Shown: positions 1 through 9,110, numbered from the stretch's first letter. The stretch is 64,000 nucleotides of DNA from Nannocystis bainbridge (GCF_028368995.1 NZ_JAQNDL010000001.1:3904001-3968000), one strand, 5' to 3'. Numbers and translations: made by a program. The notes: generated from the letters alone by a model not told the origin.

Positions 1-714
1 CGGCGCGCGCGTGACCCCCACGTGCGTCGACACCACCCCGTCGACCAGCAGCCAGATCCGCGCCGGCTCGCCGCGATGGGCCAGCCCCACGTGCCCGCGC
101 AGCTTGAACTGCGGCAGCTCGAGCTCGGCGCGCGCGAGGAACTGGCGCAGGCCGTCGCCGAGCGCCGCCCCGTCGACGCGGATCGCCGCCGGCGCGAAGC
201 GGGCCACGTCGGCCAGGTAGCTGCGCGCGCGAGCCGGCTCGAGCTCGGCTCCGCGGACCACGAACTCGGTCCCGCGGCCGCCGGACGGATCTGCCCCTTC
301 GGACAGGTTCGCCCGCCCTGGCCCCGCGAACTCGAGGCGACGCACCAGCCCGTGCGAGCGCGCGACGATCTCGACCCGCCCCGGGCGCAGCGCCGGCAGG
401 GCCAGCAGCGCCAGCGCCCCGGCCTGCTCGAGCGCCAGCAGGGCCCGGTGCCGCCGCTCGGCCGGGACCCCGGCGTCGAGCAGGTCCGCCACCGCCAGCA
501 GCAGCTCGCGCCCGATCGCCGCCCCGTCGTCGCGCACGCGCACCGACGCCCGCCCGAGCTCGACCTCGACCGTGCGGGCCCCGGCCGCCAGCGCCCGCCG
601 CACCAGCTCCGCCGGCAGCTGCCACGGCCCCTGCAGCTGCGCCGTCGCCAGCTTGCGCAGCTCGGCCTCGATGTCGATCGCCAACAGCTGGCGCAGGTCG
701 ACCGTCTCGCTCAC
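1..714 (-). CDS. Degenerate GHKL/HSP90-like ATPase-fold protein (runs off window start, partial)
   Basis: Not in the ORF track; translated by hand. GTG at 714 follows a GAGGAGG RBS and the frame is open to position 1: MSETVDLRQLLAIDIEAELRKLATAQLQGPWQLPAELVRRALAAGARTVEVELGRASVRVRDDGAAIG...GTEFVVRG. ELVxxAxxAGA, VRDDG and GTE are remnants of GHKL boxes and resemble the N-terminus of 1007..3967. Confidence 0.75.
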   Translation of the reverse strand, partial: MSETVDLRQLLAIDIEAELRKLATAQLQGPWQLPAELVRRALAAGARTVEVELGRASVRVRDDGAAIGRELLLAVADLLDAGVPAERRHRALLALEQAGALALLALPALRPGRVEIVARSHGLVRRLEFAGPGRANLSEGADPSGGRGTEFVVRGAELEPARARSYLADVARFAPAAIRVDGAALGDGLRQFLARAELELPQFKLRGHVGLAHRGEPARIWLLVDGVVSTHVGVTRAP

Positions 715-1010
715 CCAGGCCTCCTCGCGCTGGCTCGCTTCCCCCAGATGTCCCGAAGGACATGTCTCGAAACAACCTCGCTTAACATGTCCCGAAGGAC
801 ATGTCGCGGAGCAACCTCGAAGGACATGTCCCGAGCGACAGCCATGATCTCGAGCCGACACCCGGCCCGGAGTCCATTCTGCTCGCTCGCTTCGAGCCGA
901 CGCGCCCTGCCCGCGCGCTGCCTGTCCCGAGAGACATCCCGCCCGCTCACGCCGAGCCCGCGCGCCTCGCCCGCCCGTTGCCTGTCCCGAGAGACATCCA
1001 GTCCGCTCAC
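711..1010 (-). other. Repeat-derived 99-codon open frame between two coupled genes (doubtful CDS)
   Basis: GTG at 1010 overlaps the upstream TGA and its own TGA (711-713) overlaps the next GTG. It is composed of 60-bp and 39-bp duplications carrying the 14-bp palindrome. Confidence 0.35.
749..840. repeat. 39-bp tandem repeat (~2.4 copies) carrying TGTCCCGAAGGACA palindromes
   Basis: TGTCCCGAAGGACA at 749 and 788; TGTCCCGAGCGACA at 827. Confidence 0.85.
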
Positions 1011-1020
1011 GCCGGCCTCC
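901..1020. repeat. 60-bp direct duplication carrying TGTCCCGAGAGACA
   Basis: 901-960 and 961-1020 are near-identical; palindromes at 923 and 983. Confidence 0.85.
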
Positions 1021-3967
1021 CGCGGGCCGCCTCGTGCACCGCGTCGCGGGCCGCCGCGCGCAGCAGGCGGGCCGTGCGTTCCGGGCCGAGGTCGAGGCGG
1101 TCGAGCAGATAGTCGAGCGCCGCGAACACGGCCGCCGCCGGGCGACTCGCCAGCGCCCCCGCGGCGTCCTGCAGCCACGGGTTGTGCGCCCCGACCACCA
1201 CCACCCGGCGCCCGCGCAGCGGTGATTTGCGCAAGCGCAGCGGCGCCAGGTCGAGGCTTCGCAGCTCCTCGCTGCCGAGCGAAGGGCTGGCCAGCGCCTG
1301 CCACGGCTCGCCGGCCGCGGTCAGGCGCGCGCTCACGGCCCTGAGCAATTCGGTCTCCTGCGCGCTCGCCAGCAGCGCGTCCCACAGATCGAGGTCGGTC
1401 GCGCCGAGCGCATCGGCGACCGCGCGGGCCTCGGCGCGCTCCTCGTCGAGCACCGCCGCGTCGCCGGCCAGCGCGTCGACGGCCAGCGGCGTGCGCCGGC
1501 GCGTGCGGTACAGCCGGCCGCGGGCCGCCAGCCGCTTGGCCTGCGCCAGCGACAGCGCCCCGCCGGCGGCCGTCGGCACCAGCGGCCGCTCGAACACCGC
1601 CGGCACCGCCTGGAACACCTCCGGCTGCTGCAGCGCCCCCTGCAGCAGCCGCGACAGATCGCCCGTCGCGTCGAGCGCCACCCGCCGGCGCGTCCGCTCG
1701 CGCAGCAGCCCCAGCAGCGCCACCGCGAACAGCGCCGCCGCCCCGATCGCCAGCCCCCACGGCGCCAGCGCGCGCGGCGGTGACATGACCCTTTCGACAT
1801 GTTCTGAAGAACCTGCCCCGACGGCCATCTCCGCCGGCCCGTCGCTCGCCGCGCCCGCCGGTTCGCCGGCAGTCTCGTCCGTCGCCCCGACCGTCTCCCA
1901 CGCCGCGTCGATCTCCCCCGGCTCGACCGGCCCCGCCGGCGTCCCGAGAGCGATCCCCGTGCTCGCGTCGGCCACCGCCCACTCGCCGTCCTGCCCGCGG
2001 TACTCCGCCCACGCGTGCAGCCACGGGTTGACCCGCCCGTTTTGGCCCACGAACCCGATCGCCAGCCGCGACTCGACCCCCGCCTCCTGCAGCAGCGCCG
2101 TCAGCAGCCCGTTCTGCACGTCGCAGTCGCCTTGCCCGATCTCGAGCGCGCGGGTGATGAAGTGCTCGCCAGCCAGCGCCCGGTGCTGCGCCGCCACCTC
2201 GGGCGCCGTGCTGTACGCCACCAGCTCGCGGGTCAGCCGCGTCAGCGCCGACACCCGCGCGGCGATCGCTCGTCCGCGCAGCGCTCGCGCCTCGCGGCGC
2301 ACGTCGGCTGGCAGCAGCCCCGACGACACCGGCCGGATCGGCCTGCCCGCCGGCGCCGGCGCGGTGCGGTAGCGCAGCGTCCCGTCCGACGGCGCCGCCA
2401 GCATCAGCAGCGCGTCGTCGTCGGCCCCGCGCTGCAGCACCACCGGCGCGCCCTCGGGGTGGTCGGCGTCGCTCAGCGCCGCGCTGCCGTCGACCACCCG
2501 GTGGCCGGTCGGCACCGGCAGCCGCATCGGCCCGGCCGGCGCGCCGAGCCGCAGCTCGACCTCCGGGCACACCTGTCCTTCGAGACATGTCGTGAAGACA
2601 TAATCACCGCCCGGCGCCGGCGCCCGCGCCTCGGCCGCGTCGCCCAGGCGGGTGAACAGCAGCGCCGCGAAGTGCAGGCGCAGGTCGGCCGGGCGGAACG
2701 TCAGCGGCGGCTCGCGGGCCCCGGCCCCGGTCAGCACGTCGACCTGCGGCCCGCGGTAGCGCGCCGCCAGGTCGGAGTAACGGGCCGGCAGGTTGGCGCT
2801 GGCCGTTTCGCCATGTTCGATGGGACCTGTCCCGTAGGACATCCCGGGCGCCGGCCGGAAGCGGGCCCACACGCGGTCGCCCCACAGCGCCCACGCCGCC
2901 CCGCCGGCCAGCGCCGCCCCCAGCAGCGCCGCCAGGAACATGCGCACCGCCAGCGAGCGGCGGACCAGCCCGCGCAGCGCCGCCCACGGCCGCTGCCACA
3001 GCGGCAGCGGCCGGATCGCGTCGAGCTGGCGGGCGATCAGCCCCTCGAGCTCCCGCTGGGCCAGGTCGACCAGCCGGCGCAGCGCCTTGTTGTCGCGCGC
3101 GTCGGAGCGCGACAGCATCAGCTCGAGCGCGTCGCTCTCGAGCAGCGCCTGCGGGGCCAGCCGCCCCGGCAGCTCGGTGAACTGGACCCGGCTGTTGTCG
3201 GTGCTGCGGCCGCCGGCCACCACGAAATCGGAGAGCGAAGCCGCCGAGCGGACCCGGAGCCCGCGCGAGAACAGCTCGACCCGCGCCGCCTCGCCGAGCC
3301 CCACCACCCCGCGCACCCGCCCGCGGCGGAAGCTCGCGCTCGGGGCCGGCAGCGCGAACGGCTTGTTGACCTTGCGGCCGTTGACCGTCACCGTCAGCGG
3401 CCGCTCCGGATCGTCGCGCGTCGCCAGGAACCGCGCGTTCTGCAGCGCCGCGTCGAACACCCGCCGCTCGAGCGCCTCGTCGACTGCCGCCCGCTCGAGC
3501 TCGATCTCCGTGCCCGGCAGGCTCGGCGGCGTCGTCTTGCGCGCCGTCGAAAGATCGCCGTCGAGCTCGAGCGCCCACGCCCCCGACCTGTCCTCCGGGT
3601 CAGGTGAGTTCGGGTCCGGGCGCCGCGCCCGCGAGCGGATCGCTATCCGCTCCGGCTCGAAGCGCAGCACCGACCAGAAGCCGACCCCGAAGCGCCCGAC
3701 CTGGTCGCGGCGCGACTCCTTGCTCGACGCGTACAGCGCGAACAAATAGCGGCGCGCGTGGGCGAAGGTCATGCCCTCGCCGTCGTCGCGGCAGCGCAGC
3801 ACCCACCGACCGCCGCGCGCCTCGGCCGTGAACTCGACCTTCGTCGCCCCGGCGTCGCGGGCGTTCTGCAGCAGCTCGCGCACGAACACCCACGGGTCGG
3901 GCCCGTAGCGGTCGGCCTCGGCGCGGGCGCGGGCCCGGAACTCGGAGCCAGGCGGCGCGCCTGTCAT
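1007..3967 (-). CDS. HSP90-like (GHKL) ATPase fused to TM segment and transglutaminase-like domain
   Basis: N-terminal boxes RELLQNARDAGA, DDGEGM, GRFGVGF, GTEI; hydrophobic helix near aa 340-362; GDCDVQN...HAWAEY...DAS (Cys-His-Asp transglutaminase-like triad); second TM helix. Confidence 0.85.
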   Translation of the reverse strand: MTGAPPGSEFRARARAEADRYGPDPWVFVRELLQNARDAGATKVEFTAEARGGRWVLRCRDDGEGMTFAHARRYLFALYASSKESRRDQVGRFGVGFWSVLRFEPERIAIRSRARRPDPNSPDPEDRSGAWALELDGDLSTARKTTPPSLPGTEIELERAAVDEALERRVFDAALQNARFLATRDDPERPLTVTVNGRKVNKPFALPAPSASFRRGRVRGVVGLGEAARVELFSRGLRVRSAASLSDFVVAGGRSTDNSRVQFTELPGRLAPQALLESDALELMLSRSDARDNKALRRLVDLAQRELEGLIARQLDAIRPLPLWQRPWAALRGLVRRSLAVRMFLAALLGAALAGGAAWALWGDRVWARFRPAPGMSYGTGPIEHGETASANLPARYSDLAARYRGPQVDVLTGAGAREPPLTFRPADLRLHFAALLFTRLGDAAEARAPAPGGDYVFTTCLEGQVCPEVELRLGAPAGPMRLPVPTGHRVVDGSAALSDADHPEGAPVVLQRGADDDALLMLAAPSDGTLRYRTAPAPAGRPIRPVSSGLLPADVRREARALRGRAIAARVSALTRLTRELVAYSTAPEVAAQHRALAGEHFITRALEIGQGDCDVQNGLLTALLQEAGVESRLAIGFVGQNGRVNPWLHAWAEYRGQDGEWAVADASTGIALGTPAGPVEPGEIDAAWETVGATDETAGEPAGAASDGPAEMAVGAGSSEHVERVMSPPRALAPWGLAIGAAALFAVALLGLLRERTRRRVALDATGDLSRLLQGALQQPEVFQAVPAVFERPLVPTAAGGALSLAQAKRLAARGRLYRTRRRTPLAVDALAGDAAVLDEERAEARAVADALGATDLDLWDALLASAQETELLRAVSARLTAAGEPWQALASPSLGSEELRSLDLAPLRLRKSPLRGRRVVVVGAHNPWLQDAAGALASRPAAAVFAALDYLLDRLDLGPERTARLLRAAARDAVHEAARGRPA

Positions 3968-4230
3968 CCTGCGGCCTCGAGCCGGCCGTGGTGCGGCGGG
4001 GACACGCGAGCAGTGTACCGGCTCGCGCGGCCGGGACGAGCGCGCTCGGCTTCAGGCCGGCGTTCGCGCCCGCGGCGAGCTTTCTGCCCGTCCTCGCGGC
4101 GGACCCGGGCGCCTCCCCGGCGCTCCGCGGGGCCGCGCTGCTCGCTCGGCGGCCCACCGGGCACGACTTCGCTCCGCCCCGTGTCGTCCTCGACCTTACC
4201 CGCCCGCCGCCACGCCGCCGGCCGGAGGCG

Positions 4231-4722
4231 TCAGAGCTCGAACTTCACCGGTCCCTCGTCGCTGTGCACCAACAGGTGCGCGCTGGCCACCGCGATCGGC
4301 CGCGCGCGGTCGTCCTGCCACGCCTCCACGCGGACATTGGTGACGCGGCGGCCCTGGCGGGTCGGCACCCCGCGGGCGAACGTATCGACGGGCCGACCGG
4401 AGCGCAGGTACTCCACGGTGAGACTGATCGTGCGCGGCGTCGCTGGAGGCGCGCTCTCCCACAGCAGCTGGAAGATCGCCGTCGACTCGAGCAGCGCGCA
4501 CAGGGCTCCCCCGTGCAGCGCCGGCAGCATCGGATTGCCGATCAGCTGCTCGCCGAACCGCATCACCCCCTGCAGCTCCCCCGCGTGCGGCCCATCCGGC
4601 GCCAGCCGCAGCGAGATCCCCATCGTCTGCGCGTATGGGATCACCGCGGCCAGGCGGCCCGGATCGCCGGCCGCGCGGGCCTCGGCCACCACCTGCTGCA
4701 ACCACGCGTCGGTCGGGCTCAC
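4231..4722 (-). CDS. PaaI-family (hotdog) thioesterase
   Basis: C-terminal part of the 4231..6159 ORF from GTG 4722, which overlaps the upstream stop; GNPMLPALHGGALCALLE and TISLTVEYLR motifs. Confidence 0.85.
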   Translation of the reverse strand: MSPTDAWLQQVVAEARAAGDPGRLAAVIPYAQTMGISLRLAPDGPHAGELQGVMRFGEQLIGNPMLPALHGGALCALLESTAIFQLLWESAPPATPRTISLTVEYLRSGRPVDTFARGVPTRQGRRVTNVRVEAWQDDRARPIAVASAHLLVHSDEGPVKFEL

Positions 4723-5195
4723 GCGGCCCCCTCGGTGCGGCTGGTGGTGCGCGTGCCGAGCATGAAGGTCCCGGCGCTGGTGGCGATCGGGTCGTCCTCG
4801 CTGTCGAGGAACGCCACCCCGCGGACGAACGCCACGTGGCGCGTCACCTTGTAGCAGTGCGCGCGGGCGATCACCGCGCGGCCTGGCGCGGCCGGCTTGA
4901 GGTAATCGATGCGGAGGTCGAGCGTGGCGATCGCCATCGGCTTCTGCAGCGCCTGGAACACCGCCGCCCCGCAGCAGGCGTCGATCAGCGCCGAGATCGC
5001 CCCGCCGTGCAGCACCCCGGTCTCGGGGTTGCCGACCAGGCGGGGGTCGTACGGCAGCAACAGCTCGGCTCGCGCGTCGCTCATCGCCCGCAGCTCGAGG
5101 CCGAGCGCCTTGTTGTGCGGCACCCCCCGCATGAACCGCTGGCCCAGCTCGCGCAGGCGCGCGAGCTCTTCCGCGTCGAGTCGCTCGTCGGGCAT
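4719..5195 (-). CDS. PaaI-family (hotdog) thioesterase
   Basis: GNPETGVLHGGAISALID and ATLDLRIDYLKPA motifs. Confidence 0.9.
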   Translation of the reverse strand: MPDERLDAEELARLRELGQRFMRGVPHNKALGLELRAMSDARAELLLPYDPRLVGNPETGVLHGGAISALIDACCGAAVFQALQKPMAIATLDLRIDYLKPAAPGRAVIARAHCYKVTRHVAFVRGVAFLDSEDDPIATSAGTFMLGTRTTSRTEGAA

Positions 5196-5204
5196 CGATC
5201 GTGG

Positions 5205-5621
5205 TTATGCCACGACCTCGACCGGCACGGCGTGCTTGGGATTGAGCCCGGGGATCTCGGTCTCGGCGATGACCACGTAGCGCAGGTTCTCCGCGTTCGG
5301 CGCCAGATCGGCCGGCAGCGTGAGGACCACCGGCATCTCCAGCTGCTCGTCCTTGCCGAGCGTGCGGCCGCCCAGCGGGATCGTCACGTTGGCGTGTTGC
5401 TGCCAGAACGCGAAGTCGCCGCGGCCCTGCGCAGTGTACACCATGCGCTCCTCGTCGAAGTGCAGGCGCACGTCCTGGACCGCCACGTCGTAGTCTCCGC
5501 CGCGCAAGGTCACGGTGGCGTGCAGCTCGGCCCCCGCGCGCACCGGCGTGTCGACCCGCGACAGCTCGATCGTCGCCTTGCCGATCCCCACGATGCTCTT
5601 GAGTCGGTCCAGGATCTCCAT
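5205..5621 (-). CDS. Spo0M/arrestin-like beta-sandwich protein
   Basis: N-terminus LKSIVGIGKATIEL...TVTLRGG resembles the Spo0M family start; typical coding codon bias. Confidence 0.6.
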   Translation of the reverse strand: MEILDRLKSIVGIGKATIELSRVDTPVRAGAELHATVTLRGGDYDVAVQDVRLHFDEERMVYTAQGRGDFAFWQQHANVTIPLGGRTLGKDEQLEMPVVLTLPADLAPNAENLRYVVIAETEIPGLNPKHAVPVEVVA

Positions 5622-5704
5622 GCTTCGCACTTAGCCGAACCCGGCCCGCGCGGCACGTGAATCTCGGTTCATACGCTGCGCCGCGCTCGCGGGGTGGCCG
5701 GGTG

Positions 5705-5945
5705 TGCGACCCGGCCCGCTCGCTCGCCCGCGATCGCGGCACGGCCCGCTCGCCCGTGATCGCAGGACGGCCCGCTCGCCGGCGGTCGCGGGTCTTGTTC
5801 GTGCTGCCGCTCGCGCGGTCGCTCGCCGCGTGCGACCTGGCGCGCTCGCTCGGCCCGCTCGCTCGGCTTGCCGGGGATCGCAGGTCTTGTTCGTGCTGCC
5901 GCTCGCGGGGTCGCTCGCCGCGCGCGACCCGGCCGCGCTCGGCCG
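5705..5945. repeat. Intergenic mosaic repeat (92-bp period duplication plus short CGGCCCGCTCGC units)
   Basis: GGTCTTGTTCGTGCTGCCGCTCGCG.GGTCGCTCGCCGCG.GCGACC at 5791 and 5883; CGGCCCGCTCGC occurs several times. Confidence 0.7.
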
Positions 5946-6149
5946 CCAGTAACCGCCGCGCGTCGGCCTCGCCTTCGCTTCGCGCTCGCGTGCACATCCG
6001 GCGCGACGTCGCGGCGGCCGGCGCTCGCCGGGCCCCCTCGTTCCGCGCCCGCTTGCCGATCGCGGCGGCCGAGCTCGGTGGACCGCCTCCCTCCGCCCGG
6101 TCCGTTTCTTGAGCGAGCGGCCGGCCCGCGCTAAAAGCTGAGCTGCGCC

Positions 6150-6944
6150 ATGCGTGCAATCACTCCTGCCCTGCTCGGTCTGTGCGTCCTCGGCCTCGCC
6201 TGCGCCCGGTCCCGGCCGGACGCGACTGCCTCTGCGGCCCCTGCCGCTCCCACCGTCGCCAGCGGCCCCGGGAGCGACCCGTGCGCCGTCTACATCGAGC
6301 GCGTCGCCCCGGGCGTGCGCTGCGCCGCCGTCGACGACGCCCACTGCACCTGCGAGCTCGTCGCTGCTGCGAGCGCGTCAGCGCCGGACGTCGCCGCGAA
6401 TTCGAGCAGCGCTTCCGGCGCACCCACCGCTCCGACCGGCGACGCTGCCGTCGCCAACCTCGAATTTGCGAGGGGCCCGCAGAACACGATCGTGCAGTGC
6501 GTGAGCGGCCCGTGTCCGACGCGCTCGGCCGACTTCATCACCGGCGTCTATCCGCCGATCGCCATCCCGGCCGCCGGCGCGACCGTGCAGCTCGAGTTCC
6601 GGGCGATGCACTACAAGCCCTACGTCGGCAGCTACAACCTCGTGCCCGGCCGCAACTTCATTCAGTTCGCGCTCGAGCGGGAGTTCGGCGCCCCCGAGAG
6701 CGCCGTGTTCCAGTTCGAGGGCGCCCCCGCCGGCACCACCGTCGAGTGCGTCAGCGGGCCGTGCGTCAACAACAAGCCTTACACGGTCGACAAGTTCCCC
6801 GAGCTCCCGCTCAAGGACGACGGCGCGACCTTGCTGCTCCGCTTCAACGCCCCCGGCTACCGCACCGCCATGACCTCGTTCCAGGTCCGCCGCGGCCCCA
6901 ACGCCGTGCCGGTGCTGATGGAGAAGGCCCCTCTCGGCAGGTGA
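6150..6944 (+). CDS. Lipoprotein with two internal PEGA-like repeats
   Basis: Lipobox LGLAC; duplicated unit 'T.V.CVSGPC...GAT..L.F.A..Y'. Confidence 0.7.
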   Translation: MRAITPALLGLCVLGLACARSRPDATASAAPAAPTVASGPGSDPCAVYIERVAPGVRCAAVDDAHCTCELVAAASASAPDVAANSSSASGAPTAPTGDAAVANLEFARGPQNTIVQCVSGPCPTRSADFITGVYPPIAIPAAGATVQLEFRAMHYKPYVGSYNLVPGRNFIQFALEREFGAPESAVFQFEGAPAGTTVECVSGPCVNNKPYTVDKFPELPLKDDGATLLLRFNAPGYRTAMTSFQVRRGPNAVPVLMEKAPLGR

Positions 6945-7272
6945 CGACCGGGCTCGGCGAACGCTGCGAGTGATTCGCCTCGCCATCACTGCGGGGCGCA
7001 CGGCGAGCCGCCCCGCCGGCATGTCGACCGCGAGATCACGGCCCGCCGCTGCGCGACGAATGATCCGCCGCGGCGCGAGCGATCGCTTCGACACCCGCCC
7101 TGTGAGCCGTCCCCGCGACCGCGCCCCGTCGACGCGGACCTGCGAGGTCACGTCTGCGCCGCGCCGCGCCACGCGTGATGCGATGGAGCCTCCGCACGAG
7201 TGAGCTCCGCTGCGCTGCCGTCGACCGGCATGCCAGCCCTTCGCCGCGGTCATCGCTTATGCTTCGCCGCTC

Positions 7273-9099
7273 ATGGCGACCCGACCCACCGCTCCGGACC
7301 AGGCAGCGAACACGCGGCGTGAACCCGTTCCGGGCGAGACGACGACCGCCCCGCATGAGCCATCCGGGCTCGCTCCGAGCAGCGCAGCGACCGCCCAGCG
7401 CCACGAGCCCGCCCCGCTCCTGCCCCAGCGCCGCGAGAGCCTCGCGCGCGCCGTCGTCGACCTCGGCTACACGCCGGGCCGCGCCGACATGCGCGACGTC
7501 GTCGAGCTGCTCGGCGACGACGAGGACCTCGCCGTCCACGTCGAGCGCGCCCTCCTGCGGGCCGGCGCCGCCGCGGCTCCGGCCCTCCTGCGCCGCCTGC
7601 CCGGGGCAGAGCCGCCGCTGCGCCCGCGCCTCGTCCGCGTGCTCGGCCGCCTGCCTGCCGACCCCGCCATTGACATGTCCTTAAAAACATGTCTCGAAGA
7701 CCATGACCCGAAGACCAGGCGCAACGCCATCGGCGCGCTCGGCAAGCGCGGCGGCGAGGGCGTCGCCACCGCCCTGCTGACTTGCGCCCGCGCCGAGACC
7801 TCGCTGCCGCACCTGCGCAGCCTGGTCGAGGCGCTCGGCAAGGTCGGCGACGCCGACGCCCTCGCCTGGCTCGACCGCCTCGAGGCCGACGACCCCGAGC
7901 TGCAGCGCCTGACCGCGCGCGCCCGCCTGATGCTCGGCCGCAGCCTCGGCCGCGGCGAGGTCGACTCCGCGATCGACCTCGAAGCCGTCGCCCCGGCCCC
8001 GCGCCCGCTGGTGCTCGGCTGCCGCCCCGGCCTCGAGACGCTGCTCGCCGAGGCCCTCGGCGCCGCCTTCGCCCCCCGCGTCGTCGCCCCCGGCCGCGTC
8101 ACCGCGACCCTGCGCGGCCCGCTGCGCGAGCTGCTCGCCGTGCGCCTGTGGACCGAGGTCGGCCTGCCGCTGCCGCCCCTGTCCGCCGGGACAGATCTGT
8201 CCGCGGCCGTGGCGGCGCTGCTGACCGGCCCCGAGGCGCGCCTGGTCTTTGGGACATATACCAAGGGACAGGTCCGCTATCGGCTCGCCTGGGCCCGCGG
8301 CGGCCACCGCCGCGCCCTCGTGTGGCAGGTCGCCGCCGCCGCCGCCGCGCTGTGGCCGGAGCTGGTCAACGACCCACGCGAGACGACCTGGGAGGTCGTG
8401 GTCGACGACGCCGGTCTGCTCGTCCGCGCCGAGCTGCGCCCGCGCCGGTGGAGCGCCGAACGCCCGCCCGCCGACCTCACCAGCGCCAGCGCCGACGACC
8501 TCGCCAGCGACGACAAGCCCGCGCTCGAGACCACCGACCCGCGGTTCGCCTACCGCAGCGGCGACGTCCCCGCCGCCTCGCACCCGACGATCGCCGCCGC
8601 CCTCGCGCAGCTCGCCGAGGTCCGCCCCGACGACGTCGTCTGGGACCCGTTCGTCGGCTCCGGCCTCGAGCTGTGCGAGCGCGGCCTGCTCGGCCCCGCC
8701 ACGACCCTGCTCGGCACCGACCTCGACCCACGCGCCCTCGCCGTCGCCGCCACCAACCTGCGCAACGCCGGCCTGCGCGCCGACCTCCGCCAGGCCGACG
8801 CGACCACCCACCGACCGCCGGGCGTCACCCTCGTCATCACCAACCCGCCGATGGGCCGCCGCGTCCATCGCGGCGACGTCGGCCCGCTGCTGACGGCCTT
8901 CATCGCCAACGCGGCCGCGACCCTGGCCCCCGGCGGCCGCCTGGCGTGGATCTCGCCGATCCCCCGGACCACCGACCCGGCAGCCGAGGCGGCCGGCCTG
9001 GTCCTGCGCCGCTCGCTGAACCTCGACATGGGCGGCTTCACGGCCCAGCTCCAGCTGTGGGACAAGCCGTCGCGCCTGGGCCGCCGCGCCCGCGCGTGA
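7273..9099 (+). CDS. HEAT-repeat + THUMP-like/class I SAM-dependent (RNA amino-)methyltransferase
   Basis: HEAT repeats (DPKTRRNAIGALGKRG, LVEALGKVGD); WDPFVGSG motif I, GTDLD, and ITNPPMG motif IV. Confidence 0.8.
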   Translation: MATRPTAPDQAANTRREPVPGETTTAPHEPSGLAPSSAATAQRHEPAPLLPQRRESLARAVVDLGYTPGRADMRDVVELLGDDEDLAVHVERALLRAGAAAAPALLRRLPGAEPPLRPRLVRVLGRLPADPAIDMSLKTCLEDHDPKTRRNAIGALGKRGGEGVATALLTCARAETSLPHLRSLVEALGKVGDADALAWLDRLEADDPELQRLTARARLMLGRSLGRGEVDSAIDLEAVAPAPRPLVLGCRPGLETLLAEALGAAFAPRVVAPGRVTATLRGPLRELLAVRLWTEVGLPLPPLSAGTDLSAAVAALLTGPEARLVFGTYTKGQVRYRLAWARGGHRRALVWQVAAAAAALWPELVNDPRETTWEVVVDDAGLLVRAELRPRRWSAERPPADLTSASADDLASDDKPALETTDPRFAYRSGDVPAASHPTIAAALAQLAEVRPDDVVWDPFVGSGLELCERGLLGPATTLLGTDLDPRALAVAATNLRNAGLRADLRQADATTHRPPGVTLVITNPPMGRRVHRGDVGPLLTAFIANAAATLAPGGRLAWISPIPRTTDPAAEAAGLVLRRSLNLDMGGFTAQLQLWDKPSRLGRRARA

Positions 9100-9110
9100 G
9101 ACCCAAAAGC

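Noticed and set aside
4723-6159. 642-aa ORF as a single large protein
   Set aside because: Only the last 163 aa look like a thioesterase; the rest overlaps two real genes and a repeat region.
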